Shown here in pieces: positions 18,962 to 28,336 of a stretch of DNA of 64,000 nucleotides (its first letter is position 1; the number at the start of each line of letters is the position of its first letter). Origin of the DNA: an uncultured Pseudomonadota bacterium (GTDB taxonomy: Bacteria > Pseudomonadota > Alphaproteobacteria > RF32 > CAG-239); NCBI GenBank assembly GCA_902799835.1, contig CADCCF010000005.1, positions 58,813 through 122,812 on the forward strand, written 5' to 3'. The notes under the pieces are model-generated. The model made no database searches. It saw only the letters and a program-made list of their open reading frames with translations, and was not told the origin of the DNA. Position numbers and translations under genes: made by a program.

Positions 18962-19966
18962 TTACATTACTTTTAATTTGGCAATGCAATTTTTAAACTC
19001 AGGATGTTCTTTAATTATATTCTTAGCATATGCAAAGCAATCGTGTTTTGCAACTAAATATCTATCAGAAAAACTTAGCTGAAGATAATTAAAAAAATGT
19101 CCCTCATCTTTTTGATATATACATCCTCCATTTTCCATAGCTTTATACCTATCATAAAAAAGTTTTGACTGGTTAGTTAGTATATTATATGGAGGCAATA
19201 GGGTTTTGCAGTGATATGCCAGAATTACGCGAGGAGATAGTGGCAAATAAATTTCAATACCAGGAACAAGTAGTCCAATATTACCATAAGGTTTGTAATC
19301 ATTCTTGTTATCCAAAACAACTGGGCAATCAGAAATATATAAATCATCCTCTAATACATCTATCAAAAACATGTTTTTCGTTAAAAATAATATCTTTGCA
19401 TCTTCAATAGCAAATTCTCCTAATTTTGTTATATTCATTAATTTAGCAAATATATCAAAATCCTTTCCAATATTATCTTCTTGCCACTTTTCATAGGATC
19501 CTGATTTCATTGCACCAGCATCATAAAATTCCTTTATTTTATTTGCCATGGTCTTTGTTATTGTTTTTATATCATTACGCTGATGCGATGTTCTTAACAT
19601 TTGTAAGGACGTAAACAAACATAACATAAATTTTTCTTTATCAGTTAATACTGCTAAGCTTTTATGAGATAATACTTTTTTTACAATTTCTCCTGTCCTA
19701 GTCTCTACTTCTGTGATTGCTTTATCGCAGGATAAGATAACATCTTTAGGAATTTCTCCAATACTTGCTTGAAGTTCTTCTTTCGTTTTAGGTTGATTTT
19801 CGCATATTTTTTCCAAAGATAAGTTATAAAAATCATCTTGAGAGCAAACGCTTTTAATGTTCTTTTGTTCTACTCTTCCTGTTTTTTTATCATATCTATA
19901 AACTATTTTGTTTTTTGAAAAATTTTTTAATAAAAACCTTGGAACATAATGTTGATTAGAGCTCAT
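18962..19966 (-). CDS. DUF4238 domain protein
   Basis: NQHYVPRFLLKNFS, FTSLQMLRT, ISDCPV, IYLPLSPR. Confidence 0.85.
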   Translation of the reverse strand: MSSNQHYVPRFLLKNFSKNKIVYRYDKKTGRVEQKNIKSVCSQDDFYNLSLEKICENQPKTKEELQASIGEIPKDVILSCDKAITEVETRTGEIVKKVLSHKSLAVLTDKEKFMLCLFTSLQMLRTSHQRNDIKTITKTMANKIKEFYDAGAMKSGSYEKWQEDNIGKDFDIFAKLMNITKLGEFAIEDAKILFLTKNMFLIDVLEDDLYISDCPVVLDNKNDYKPYGNIGLLVPGIEIYLPLSPRVILAYHCKTLLPPYNILTNQSKLFYDRYKAMENGGCIYQKDEGHFFNYLQLSFSDRYLVAKHDCFAYAKNIIKEHPEFKNCIAKLKVM

Positions 19967-20251
19967 TTTTTTTATTCCTATTTATATACTTGTTTTTTCT
20001 TCAAAATATGATTTTTATGTGATTACCTGCATTTTCTGATATTTTACTTTATGCTTGAGTAAAAAACAATAAAATTTCTATCTGATTCAATCTATTGAAT
20101 TTAAAAGAAAATCATGCAAAAACATGGACTTAAGTGTATTTTTTACTAAAAAAGTGCTTGACATGTGGATTCGGGCATGATTCTATATACTCGTAAAGTG
20201 AATTTATAAACCAACTTGTCCCACTTTAAGCGGACTAAAAGGAGAATTAAG

Positions 20252-20776
20252 ATGACTAACCCTCAAGACGCATTGCGTCAGCAATTAATGCACGCACTAC
20301 ACAATGACGATTTTTCAAGCGTAGATAATCTTTTACAACAAGGTACAAATGTAAATTTACCATACAATCACCACGGATGGACACCATTTATGTGGGTTTG
20401 TAAGGAACATTGCAATCCCGAGATAATTACCAAGTTTTTGATTCGTGGCGGTAAGGTTGATAAAGCCAACAAACACGGCAAAACACCTCTGCATATTATG
20501 GCAAGATATAGAAGCTCATTTGATTGCTTACAGATTTTGTTAGCCAACGGAGCTAATCCGAACGCTCAAGATGAAGACGGCAACACTCCATTGCATATTG
20601 CCGTATCCCACGTTCAAGCCGATATTCGTATGGATGTTATATGGAATTTGTTCCTTAAGACAGATGATACCATCCGCAACAACGAAGGCAAGACCGTTTA
20701 TGACCTTGCTAAAGAAAATCCATATTTTACTGATAGAGAAGTCTTAAAGATTATGAAGGAGAGCGTTGATGCCTAA
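20252..20776 (+). CDS. Ankyrin repeat protein
   Basis: GWTPFM, GKTPLHI, LLANGANPNAQDEDGNTPLHIA, GKTVYDLA; RBS AAGGAG before ATG 20252. Confidence 0.9.
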   Translation: MTNPQDALRQQLMHALHNDDFSSVDNLLQQGTNVNLPYNHHGWTPFMWVCKEHCNPEIITKFLIRGGKVDKANKHGKTPLHIMARYRSSFDCLQILLANGANPNAQDEDGNTPLHIAVSHVQADIRMDVIWNLFLKTDDTIRNNEGKTVYDLAKENPYFTDREVLKIMKESVDA

Positions 20777-21095
20777 TACAACAGAAATAGCTCTTCAAAA
20801 CGATAACTTCCGTAAGCATTTATCTAAAGGAACTCTTGTTCTAACTCAAGGCATCCGTTCTAATACAACTGAAGACATCCAAGCAATCATAACCCAAGTC
20901 AGGACTTTTGATAAATTTGATGAGAATAATGACCCTTACAATGAACATGACTTTGGAGCCTTTGATTATAAGGGTAAGAAGGTTTTCTGGAAGATTGACA
21001 ACTATGATAAGGCGTTCTTGTATCTCTCGCCAGATGTATGCAATCCAAAGCTAACCAACAAAGTGCTAACCATAATGTATGCGGAGGAATATTGA
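20769..21095 (+). CDS. DUF3768 domain protein
   Basis: NDNFRK, FDENNDPYNEHDFGAF, FWKIDNYD, VLTIMYAEEY. Confidence 0.88.
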   Translation: MPNTTEIALQNDNFRKHLSKGTLVLTQGIRSNTTEDIQAIITQVRTFDKFDENNDPYNEHDFGAFDYKGKKVFWKIDNYDKAFLYLSPDVCNPKLTNKVLTIMYAEEY

Positions 21096-21096
21096 G

Positions 21097-21681
21097 ATGA
21101 CTAACTCGGAATTTGTTGATGATAAGAAGATTAAAGACATTTTGGCTTATGTCAGCACTATGAAGCACGCTGAACAAATTAGAATGATGTTCCTTTGCAG
21201 CCTAAATGGCTTGAGAAGTATTAATTTCACTTACCTTCAGGTCAAAGATTGCTATACCGAGCAATTAAAGCCAAAGGATGTGATTAACCTTGATTATGAT
21301 AAGAATAAAGGCAAGCATAGCTGTTCATACTTCTTAAATACCCAGATGAAGAAGGAGTTTGCCGACTATTTGAAGTATCTGCAGAATAAATGGGGAGATG
21401 GCTTGAGCCCTGAAACATATATCTTTACATCCCAGAAGCTCAATAAACCCTATAACCGAGTAAGTATCAGCCGCTTGTTCAGTTCAATTTATAAGAAATT
21501 TGGGATTAAAGGAGCAAGCCATTTAGGGCGACATCTGTTTGTAAGCAAGTTAGTCAATGCAGGCGTTAATATCTGTTTGGTTCAAAAGCTTGCTAATCAT
21601 AGAAACATTGGGACTACCCAGCATTATTTTAATTATAATGAGAAAATGTTAGCTAATGCCGTGGAGAATACGAAGATATAG
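21097..21681 (+). CDS. Small tyrosine recombinase (catalytic domain only)
   Basis: NGLRS (R), KNKG (K), SHLGRH (HxxR), LANH (H), TQHY (Y); ~194 aa, no arm-binding domain. Confidence 0.85.
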   Translation: MTNSEFVDDKKIKDILAYVSTMKHAEQIRMMFLCSLNGLRSINFTYLQVKDCYTEQLKPKDVINLDYDKNKGKHSCSYFLNTQMKKEFADYLKYLQNKWGDGLSPETYIFTSQKLNKPYNRVSISRLFSSIYKKFGIKGASHLGRHLFVSKLVNAGVNICLVQKLANHRNIGTTQHYFNYNEKMLANAVENTKI

Positions 21682-21682
21682 T

Positions 21683-22060
21683 ATGAAAACAGTAGATAGA
21701 GTTTGGTTTTTAAGCCATTGCGAATGGATTTACAACAATCGGCACAGGTTAGAAAGCATACCTTGTGCCGATTTTGTACTGACAGGATTTGTTATCAATT
21801 CCTTCGGATGCCCGTATTACGGCTATGCGATTGATAAAATAACTCTCGGGAACTTAATAAAACTATGGAATAATGGCTTTGTTTATAAAGATTTACCGCT
21901 AATTCATTACCGAATTTCGCACGGTGACAGTTCCACAAATATCGCTTACATTTATCGTGGAAAAGTTTTTAACCACAGATTTCCTTATTCAGATCCAGAC
22001 AGATTCATTCCAACGGAAGACGTGAGGAAGATTTTAAAAGAGTTGAGAAAACAAAAGTAA
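21683..22060 (+). CDS. Hypothetical protein
   Basis: ATG two bases after recombinase stop; operonic. Confidence 0.6.
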   Translation: MKTVDRVWFLSHCEWIYNNRHRLESIPCADFVLTGFVINSFGCPYYGYAIDKITLGNLIKLWNNGFVYKDLPLIHYRISHGDSSTNIAYIYRGKVFNHRFPYSDPDRFIPTEDVRKILKELRKQK

Positions 22061-22070
22061 ATAAAACAGA

Positions 22071-22802
22071 TTACTTAACAAACTTTGCAGCTTCTTCCAA
22101 TATATCCATTTGTCTTTTTGTAAATATCTGCCAACCATTATTTACGGTATTATAGATAAAAGTTTCTCTGGTAATTTCAAAAAAACAAGCTTGTCCCTGG
22201 ACCTTTTGCGGAAGGAAACAATACAAAGGAAGTCTTCTAGTATCAACTAAATCACCTTGTTTAGGCATTCCTAAAAAATCAAACACAACAGGAACAGTAG
22301 AGGAACTCCAATCATTTGTTATTATTTCTTCGGAACAATAAAATTTATATATATTGATAACACCAGGTTGATGAGATATTAAAGTTGTTCTTCCCTTAAG
22401 AAATTTACTAAAATCTCTCTTCCTTCTTGTTCCATCAACAACCCAAACCATATCTTTATAAAATTTTTCTCTAGATAACCTTTCTTGCGGTGTTATAGAG
22501 GAATGTTGAAATTCTATAGTAAGACCGTTTGGCAGATGTACATCAGCTATATGCTTTTCTTTTGTTATATCATTATTCATTACAATTTCTTGATATTCTT
22601 TGGGAAATTTATCTTTCCAAGCCAAATGCCAATTAGTCTCATTTTCCCACCACTTATCACAATCATTTAAAGACTTATGCGCCCAATGATTAATTTTTTG
22701 TGCACCGCACTTTGCAATTACAGGCGCATGACAATATGGACATAACCCTTTTAACTTCGGCTCGGCTTCACATCGTTCATTGTTTACAAGTGCAAATCGC
22801 AT
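22071..22802 (-). CDS. CoiA-like PD-(D/E)xK nuclease
   Basis: CPYCHAPVIAKCG..KINHWAH, WHLAWK, HIADV, IEFQHSSI, MVWVVDG. Confidence 0.85.
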   Translation of the reverse strand: MRFALVNNERCEAEPKLKGLCPYCHAPVIAKCGAQKINHWAHKSLNDCDKWWENETNWHLAWKDKFPKEYQEIVMNNDITKEKHIADVHLPNGLTIEFQHSSITPQERLSREKFYKDMVWVVDGTRRKRDFSKFLKGRTTLISHQPGVINIYKFYCSEEIITNDWSSSTVPVVFDFLGMPKQGDLVDTRRLPLYCFLPQKVQGQACFFEITRETFIYNTVNNGWQIFTKRQMDILEEAAKFVK

Positions 22803-22825
22803 TGTGTTAACCTATAATTTTGTTA

Positions 22826-23407
22826 TTATTTAAGAAAATCAGGAATTTTTCCGCATTCTTTTGTTACTTTTTTATTTAATTCATCTTTAGAAAAATCTTT
22901 AGATAATGTTTCTATATCAACAAGATATTTTACAAAGTTTGTAGCATAACAATCACAGAATTTTTCACCTTTTTCATGTTTTATTGTATTAAAATCACTT
23001 ACACAAGCATTGTACATTCTTTGATATTTGTCGTATATTCTTTCCTGAATATCTTCTTCAGTTTTAGGGTTATCCTTAAATTCAAACCTGATAGAGGGTA
23101 CAGTTTTAAGTGTATTTTGCTTGTTTGTATACTTATATACACCATTTTGTACTGCGCATTTATTAGATGGTATCTTGACCTCCATACCATCATAATAATC
23201 TTTATCCAAAAGATTTTCTATATAATACAATTGATTAGATGAAGAACAACCATCCCAAATTGTACATTCATAAGCCAAGGCTCCATCATTTAATGCTTGA
23301 AGAACTTCAAATTCACGTACAGCCAAACAATCTTTATTATCACTCATAATAGTTACTGTTGTGCATCCAGTTACGAGCATTGCCGCAAGTACTAATATTT
23401 TTTTCAT
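22826..23407 (-). CDS. Lipoprotein, hypothetical
   Basis: MKKILVLAAMLVTGC lipobox. Confidence 0.75.
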   Translation of the reverse strand: MKKILVLAAMLVTGCTTVTIMSDNKDCLAVREFEVLQALNDGALAYECTIWDGCSSSNQLYYIENLLDKDYYDGMEVKIPSNKCAVQNGVYKYTNKQNTLKTVPSIRFEFKDNPKTEEDIQERIYDKYQRMYNACVSDFNTIKHEKGEKFCDCYATNFVKYLVDIETLSKDFSKDELNKKVTKECGKIPDFLK

Positions 23408-23480
23408 AGCATACCCCTTATATAAAGTTATAATTGTGAAGTATTACACATAACCTATAAAATACAAGATATTTTATTGC

Positions 23481-23525
23481 AAAATGTTAAACTTTCCTCT
23501 CCATCCCGACAAAGTTTAACATTTT
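23481..23525. repeat. Inverted repeat, 15-bp arms / 15-bp spacer
   Basis: AAAATGTTAAACTTT-cctctccatcccgac-AAAGTTTAACATTTT; same arm core as 23583 and 25019 sites. Confidence 0.8.
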
Positions 23526-23537
23526 TTATTTTGCAGT

Positions 23538-23617
23538 ATTTGAGCCGATTTCAAAGTCCTATATTTTCCGCCACTTCCGAAGAAAATGTTAAACAATATA
23601 CCTTCTTTAACATTTTT
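23538..23617 (+). repeat. 80-bp degenerate direct repeat copy 1 ending in palindrome with 6-bp spacer
   Basis: AAAATGTTAAACAA-TATACC-TTCTTTAACATTTTT; aligns without gaps to 24975..25054. Confidence 0.85.
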
Positions 23618-23746
23618 AGATTTTAAGGATAAATTTTACTTTTTATGCAAAAATATGATTAGAAAATAAAGTTTTTTATATTTTTCTAAAAAACTTCTTG
23701 AAATCATAAAGTTTTTTATATATATTAAATATAAAGGAGAAAAGCT

Positions 23747-24961
23747 ATGATAGATAGACCATTATATTTAGACAAGCTGATATCTTGGAAAGATAAAGAC
23801 ACAATTAAGGTTATTACAGGTATCCGCCGCTGTGGTAAATCCAAAATATTAGAAAGTTTTGCTGAAAAATTAAAAGCTCAAGGTGTAAGTGAAAAACAAA
23901 TCATTCAACTGAATTTTGAAGAAATGGGCGATGAACAAATTACTGATGCTAAAACTTTGCATGACAGAATAGATGCACAGCTCAAAGCCAATAAAAATAA
24001 AATGACCTACATTATGCTTGATGAAATACAAAAGATACCGGAATGGGAAAAGGTCGTTGCATCACTTCGCTTAAGAAAAAATGCTGATTTATATCTGACC
24101 GGTTCAAATGCGTATATGCTATCATCTGAATTGGCAACATTCCTTTCAGGACGGTATGTAGAAATCAAAATGCTTCCATTGTCATTTAAGGAATTTTTGA
24201 CTTTCCACAAGTTTCCCGAAAATATGTCGTTGGAACGCAGACTAGCGTTATATACCAAATTTGGCGGTATGCCATCTCTAAAAGATTTTAATTTTGATGA
24301 AGGTCAATCTTATGAAATTCTTGATGGTATATATAACACAGTATTAGTAAAGGATGTTACTTCAAGAGCAAAAACAACAAATACTGCAACATTAGAAAAA
24401 ATCATACATTTTCTGGCTGATAATATCTCAAATATAAGCAGCACCAACAATATTACGAATGCGCTTTATTCGGCTAAAAGTATTGAGAGTAAAAATAATG
24501 CTTATGTTGAAGGATGTATAAGCCTTCTGGAAAAAGCCTTCATTTTTTATCCCATCCGGCGTTATGATATAAAAGGAAAAGAATATCTGCGCAGCTTAGA
24601 AAAATATTACATTGTTGATAGTGGGCTACGTTATCGTATATTAGGAAGAGTATCAGATAATGGCAGAATATTAGAAAACATAGTATATTTTGAACTTTTA
24701 CGCCGAGGATACAATGTTGCTATCGGCAAATATGATGACAAAGAAATAGATTTTATTGCAACCAAACAGGATGAAAAACTATATATCCAAGTCAACGATA
24801 AAATGGATAGGACAAAAACAATAGAAAGGGAATTAGGCTCATTGCAACAAATAAGGGATAGTTTTCCCAAAATGGTGCTGACAAACGATGAACTAGCCGT
24901 CGGTAGCACAGATGATGGTATTAAAATTGTATCTCTGGTTGAGTGGCTAACTCAAGATTAG
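23747..24961 (+). CDS. AAA+ ATPase (AAA_14) with DUF4143 C-terminal domain
   Basis: ITGIRRCGKS Walker A, IMLDEIQ Walker B, LTGSNA, KYYIVDSGL, LENIVY, EIDF. Confidence 0.92.
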   Translation: MIDRPLYLDKLISWKDKDTIKVITGIRRCGKSKILESFAEKLKAQGVSEKQIIQLNFEEMGDEQITDAKTLHDRIDAQLKANKNKMTYIMLDEIQKIPEWEKVVASLRLRKNADLYLTGSNAYMLSSELATFLSGRYVEIKMLPLSFKEFLTFHKFPENMSLERRLALYTKFGGMPSLKDFNFDEGQSYEILDGIYNTVLVKDVTSRAKTTNTATLEKIIHFLADNISNISSTNNITNALYSAKSIESKNNAYVEGCISLLEKAFIFYPIRRYDIKGKEYLRSLEKYYIVDSGLRYRILGRVSDNGRILENIVYFELLRRGYNVAIGKYDDKEIDFIATKQDEKLYIQVNDKMDRTKTIERELGSLQQIRDSFPKMVLTNDELAVGSTDDGIKIVSLVEWLTQD

Positions 24962-24974
24962 GATACAGCATTAA

Positions 24975-25054
24975 ATTTCAGCCATTTTCAAAACTACATA
25001 TTTTGTGGGTTTTCAGAAAAAAATGTTAAAGAATATATCTTCTTTAACATTTTT
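24975..25054 (+). repeat. 80-bp degenerate direct repeat copy 2 ending in palindrome with 6-bp spacer
   Basis: AAAAATGTTAAAGAA-TATATC-TTCTTTAACATTTTT (perfect 15-bp arms); offset 1437 bp from copy 1. Confidence 0.85.
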
Positions 25055-25340
25055 CACCTGTAATATAATTTGAATTAGTATAAGATAGATTATATTAATA
25101 AGAAGTGGGGACGAAATTTATCGGCAGAACAAAAACACTCAAAAATATTGGTGCTGGTTAAGGGGTTGAACAGGGAATTATAAATTGTTTATAAAATAAT
25201 TTTCAAAAAAAGATATTGACACTATAAAATTTTGCTTTTACTATAGAACATAATAAGAACAAAGCAGCGATGAGATTAAAGGTGTAAATCAAAATGTATC
25301 AATTAATATACTCAAAAACTGTTAACTTAAGGAGCTCCCT

Positions 25341-26882
25341 ATGAAAAAAATAAAATTAAATATCAAAAAAAAGCACGTTTATACGGGATTAATTGTTTTT
25401 GCTTTATGTATAAGTGTAGGAGGTTTTCTTAATGTTTTTTTGAATAAAAGTACAAAATCCTACGAGTATAATAATATTTATTGTAAAACGAATGAATATG
25501 GTATTTCTGTTTGTAAAGATAAAAATAATGGTCTTATAAACGGGATAACAAAGCTTTATTATGAAAGTGGAAAAGTAGAGTTTGAAGCAAATTGGAAAGA
25601 CGGAAAACATCATGGTCCATTAAAACGCTATTCTGAAAATGGAATTTTGTTGGAGGAAATACCATTTGTTGATGGAAAACGGGAGGGAGTTGGAAAATCA
25701 TATTATAATGATGGGCAATTGCAAAGAGAGACAACATATAAAAATGATAAAATAAAGGGGCAAGCCAAGGAATATTATAGAGATGGTATCTTAAAGAGTG
25801 TAGAAAATTTTGAGGATGTGCTATTAAACGGAGTAGCTGAATATTATAATCAAGATGGAATTTTGATTGTTTCAACAAATTATATTGATGCTCAACAAGA
25901 TGGAGTTAGAAAGGAATATTATGATGATGGAAAGTTAAAATCTGTTGCAACATGGAAAAAAGGTAAACTTGATGGTGAAGGAAAATCATATTATCGTAAT
26001 GGAATACTTGAAACAGACTATCTTTTTAAGGATGGCAAAGAAAATGGAATATGTAAGCAGTATTATGATAACGGAACATTAAAATCTGAAGTATCTTGGA
26101 AAAATGGCAAGCAAGATGGAATATATCAAGAGTTTGACCAGTACGGAAATATTGTGATAAAAGGATTTTTTGTTGATGGAATGAAAGAGGGTATAGCTAA
26201 ATTTTATGATCAGCACGGCATATTGAGAAGGGAAATTCCCTATCACAAAGATAAAGCAGAGGGAATATCTAAAGATTATGCTGAAGACGGCTCGTTATTA
26301 GGCGAAACAACATGGAAAAATAATCTCCAAAATGGTATTTTGAAAGTATACTATAGGAGTGGTTCTTTATATGGTGAAGCCGAGTATAAAGATGATAAGC
26401 AAGAAGGAAGAAGCAAAACCTATTATGAAAACGGACAGTTGAAATCAGATGAAAATTGGAAGAGTGGAAAGCCGGATGGAAAGTTCGTATATTATTACGA
26501 AAATGGAAATATTGAAAGAGAAATCATATTCAGTAATGGAAAAGAAAACGGAAAATTTAAAGAATATTATGAAAAAGGTCAATTGAAGACAGAAAAAAAT
26601 ATGATTAATGGTCAGGAAGACGGTGAAGTTATTTTATATTATAAAAACGGAAAAAAAGAAGCAATTTTGGCTTATAAAAAAGGAAAAGAGAATGGGATAA
26701 GTAAAAGATATTATAAAAATGGTAATATAAAAAGTGAATATTCATATCATGATGGTAAAAAAGAAGGGATTGGAAAAATATATTATGAAAATGGAAAATT
26801 ACAATCGGAAGAAGAATGGAAAGAAGGTAAACGTACCAAGGTGTTAAAATCTTTTGATAAAAAAGGAAAGGCTACAAAATAA
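25341..26882 (+). CDS. MORN-variant repeat protein (YwqK antitoxin-like), membrane anchored
   Basis: N-terminal TM then many ~24-aa G..K.YY.NG.L..E..(W/Y)K.GK repeats. Confidence 0.9.
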   Translation: MKKIKLNIKKKHVYTGLIVFALCISVGGFLNVFLNKSTKSYEYNNIYCKTNEYGISVCKDKNNGLINGITKLYYESGKVEFEANWKDGKHHGPLKRYSENGILLEEIPFVDGKREGVGKSYYNDGQLQRETTYKNDKIKGQAKEYYRDGILKSVENFEDVLLNGVAEYYNQDGILIVSTNYIDAQQDGVRKEYYDDGKLKSVATWKKGKLDGEGKSYYRNGILETDYLFKDGKENGICKQYYDNGTLKSEVSWKNGKQDGIYQEFDQYGNIVIKGFFVDGMKEGIAKFYDQHGILRREIPYHKDKAEGISKDYAEDGSLLGETTWKNNLQNGILKVYYRSGSLYGEAEYKDDKQEGRSKTYYENGQLKSDENWKSGKPDGKFVYYYENGNIEREIIFSNGKENGKFKEYYEKGQLKTEKNMINGQEDGEVILYYKNGKKEAILAYKKGKENGISKRYYKNGNIKSEYSYHDGKKEGIGKIYYENGKLQSEEEWKEGKRTKVLKSFDKKGKATK

Positions 26883-26892
26883 TATACAATTT

Positions 26893-26948
26893 ATCGTTTT
26901 ATATCAATGGGTTGTGGATTTTCACAGCCCATTTTTTTGTTTCACATA
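26893..26948 (+). repeat. Third, partial copy of the att/terminator repeat
   Basis: ATCGTTTTATATCAATGGGTTGTGGATTTTCACAGCCCATTTTTTTGTTTCACATA matches 1656-1711; lacks the rpsI core. Confidence 0.85.
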
Positions 26949-27011
26949 GGCTTGCATTCTGAGGTTTTGTTACCTAACTAAAGAGTATAAACTTTAGATT
27001 AGGAAAGAACC

Positions 27012-27479
27012 ATGACCGACAAAGAAACTTTACCCCTTAAAGCGGCACGCAAGTTAAATATGCTGATTATGCATAACAATGCGTTGGCAAAAGATAAAAG
27101 CCTGCAAGAAAAAATAATCGCTTGGGGCTTAGATATGTTGGAAGAAGCCCATGCCGATTGGAGCGATATGCTAGCAACAACGTTGGATTCTGTTATAAAG
27201 ATTCATCAAAGAACGAATGCTCGTATGGGAGGCATAGAAAGAGATAAGAAATATATACAATTTAGAGAAGAATTTGCAAAAATACAAAAAGAATATTTTA
27301 TAAGGGCATATCAAAATAATCAAAAATTAACAGCAAATAGCTTTGTTGAATGGTTTATAACGAATAAAGCTAAAAAAATAAAGATTCCATACGTTCCTCA
27401 AAACCAAAAGAATAAATTAAGACAACTTGCACAAGCTAATAATCGTGAATTTAAAAAGCTTTTGCTTGGCAAAAGCTAA
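27012..27479 (+). CDS. Hypothetical protein
   Basis: 155-aa ORF with AGGA RBS. Confidence 0.65.
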   Translation: MTDKETLPLKAARKLNMLIMHNNALAKDKSLQEKIIAWGLDMLEEAHADWSDMLATTLDSVIKIHQRTNARMGGIERDKKYIQFREEFAKIQKEYFIRAYQNNQKLTANSFVEWFITNKAKKIKIPYVPQNQKNKLRQLAQANNREFKKLLLGKS

Positions 27480-27566
27480 ATTTTAGCAAGCTATAGGGCA
27501 TAGACAAGATATTCTCTGAAACGCTAAAGTTAAAATCTAATATTAACTTAAAAAAGGAGCAAAAAT

Positions 27567-27806
27567 ATGCCAAATCCGCTTTTATGGCCAGTTGTAAGGC
27601 AACTTGCAAAACAAGCAGCGATGCCTAAAACATTAAACAAACATGAAGATCTAGTTGTCAAGGAGATGAGTAATAGGAATTCTCCAATGCACAAAGATGT
27701 ATCAAAATGGACAGATAAAGACTTTAATAAAGCCCTATCTTCTCCATCATTTAAATACAATTATACTTTACAAAATAAAGCTAGGCAGTATATTAAAAGA
27801 AAATAA
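27567..27806 (+). CDS. Small basic hypothetical protein
   Basis: AAGGAG RBS; 79 aa. Confidence 0.6.
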   Translation: MPNPLLWPVVRQLAKQAAMPKTLNKHEDLVVKEMSNRNSPMHKDVSKWTDKDFNKALSSPSFKYNYTLQNKARQYIKRK

Positions 27807-27832
27807 TGTATACTTAATAAGGGATATGCAAA

Positions 27833-28108
27833 ATGCAAAGATTATGGACAACAGCAAGACAAATAGTTATCTTTTTTACCCTATGGGTATTTGTTATATG
27901 GTTTAGTGCTGAGATAATTTTTGCATTGTTTAAGAATGACCAAAGTGTTTCAGAAGATGATTTGCAAGGTGCTGCCTGTATCTCTTTTATTTTAGTTTAT
28001 GCCATTATTAAGCCCATAGCTTCTCGCTATAAATTAAAATTATGGATTAAGTATATTCTATATTTTGTAATTTATACGGCTTTATTTCTTTTGTTTTCTT
28101 TTATGTAA
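27833..28108 (+). CDS. Small 3-TM membrane protein
   Basis: Three hydrophobic segments; 91 aa. Confidence 0.6.
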   Translation: MQRLWTTARQIVIFFTLWVFVIWFSAEIIFALFKNDQSVSEDDLQGAACISFILVYAIIKPIASRYKLKLWIKYILYFVIYTALFLLFSFM

Positions 28109-28245
28109 TTAACTCTATGATAAAAAGTTAGATTAATGCATCTTTGCGAGATAATACTGATTTTATACCATTCACAGCATCTTCACATAGAATTTTTAAG
28201 GATGTAATATATTGATTTTGCTATATAAAAACCTTTAGTGCTTTA

Positions 28246-28336
28246 TCAAAACGTTAATCAGACGATACAGAAAAACGTTTATTTTCAATTGGTTGTGGAT
28301 TTTCACAGCCCATTTTTTTGTTTCACATAATATTCA
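28246..28336 (+). repeat. attR: copy of rpsI 3' end + terminator
   Basis: Matches 1628..1718. Confidence 0.92.

Larger units (their letters stand above)
1628..28336. mobile_element. ~26.6 kb integrative element (genomic island) inserted at the 3' end of rpsI
   Basis: 23-bp exact repeat TCAAAACGTTAATCAGACGATAC (last rpsI codons + stop) at 1628-1650 and 28246-28268 within a ~91-bp near-identical repeat; tyrosine integrase immediately inside left end; AT-rich accessory/defence cargo. Confidence 0.93.

Noticed and set aside
23583-23617. Chromosomal dif / pdif site (ATGTTAAA resembles XerD arm)
   Set aside because: Arms are in the opposite orientation relative to the spacer compared with dif and no XerC arm is evident
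25341-26882. MORN repeats as DGR target or DNA-level repeat array
   Set aside because: Repeats are protein-level and degenerate; no reverse transcriptase or TR/VR pair seen
1628-28336. Island as a prophage or ICE
   Set aside because: No capsid, terminase, tail, relaxase or T4SS genes recognised
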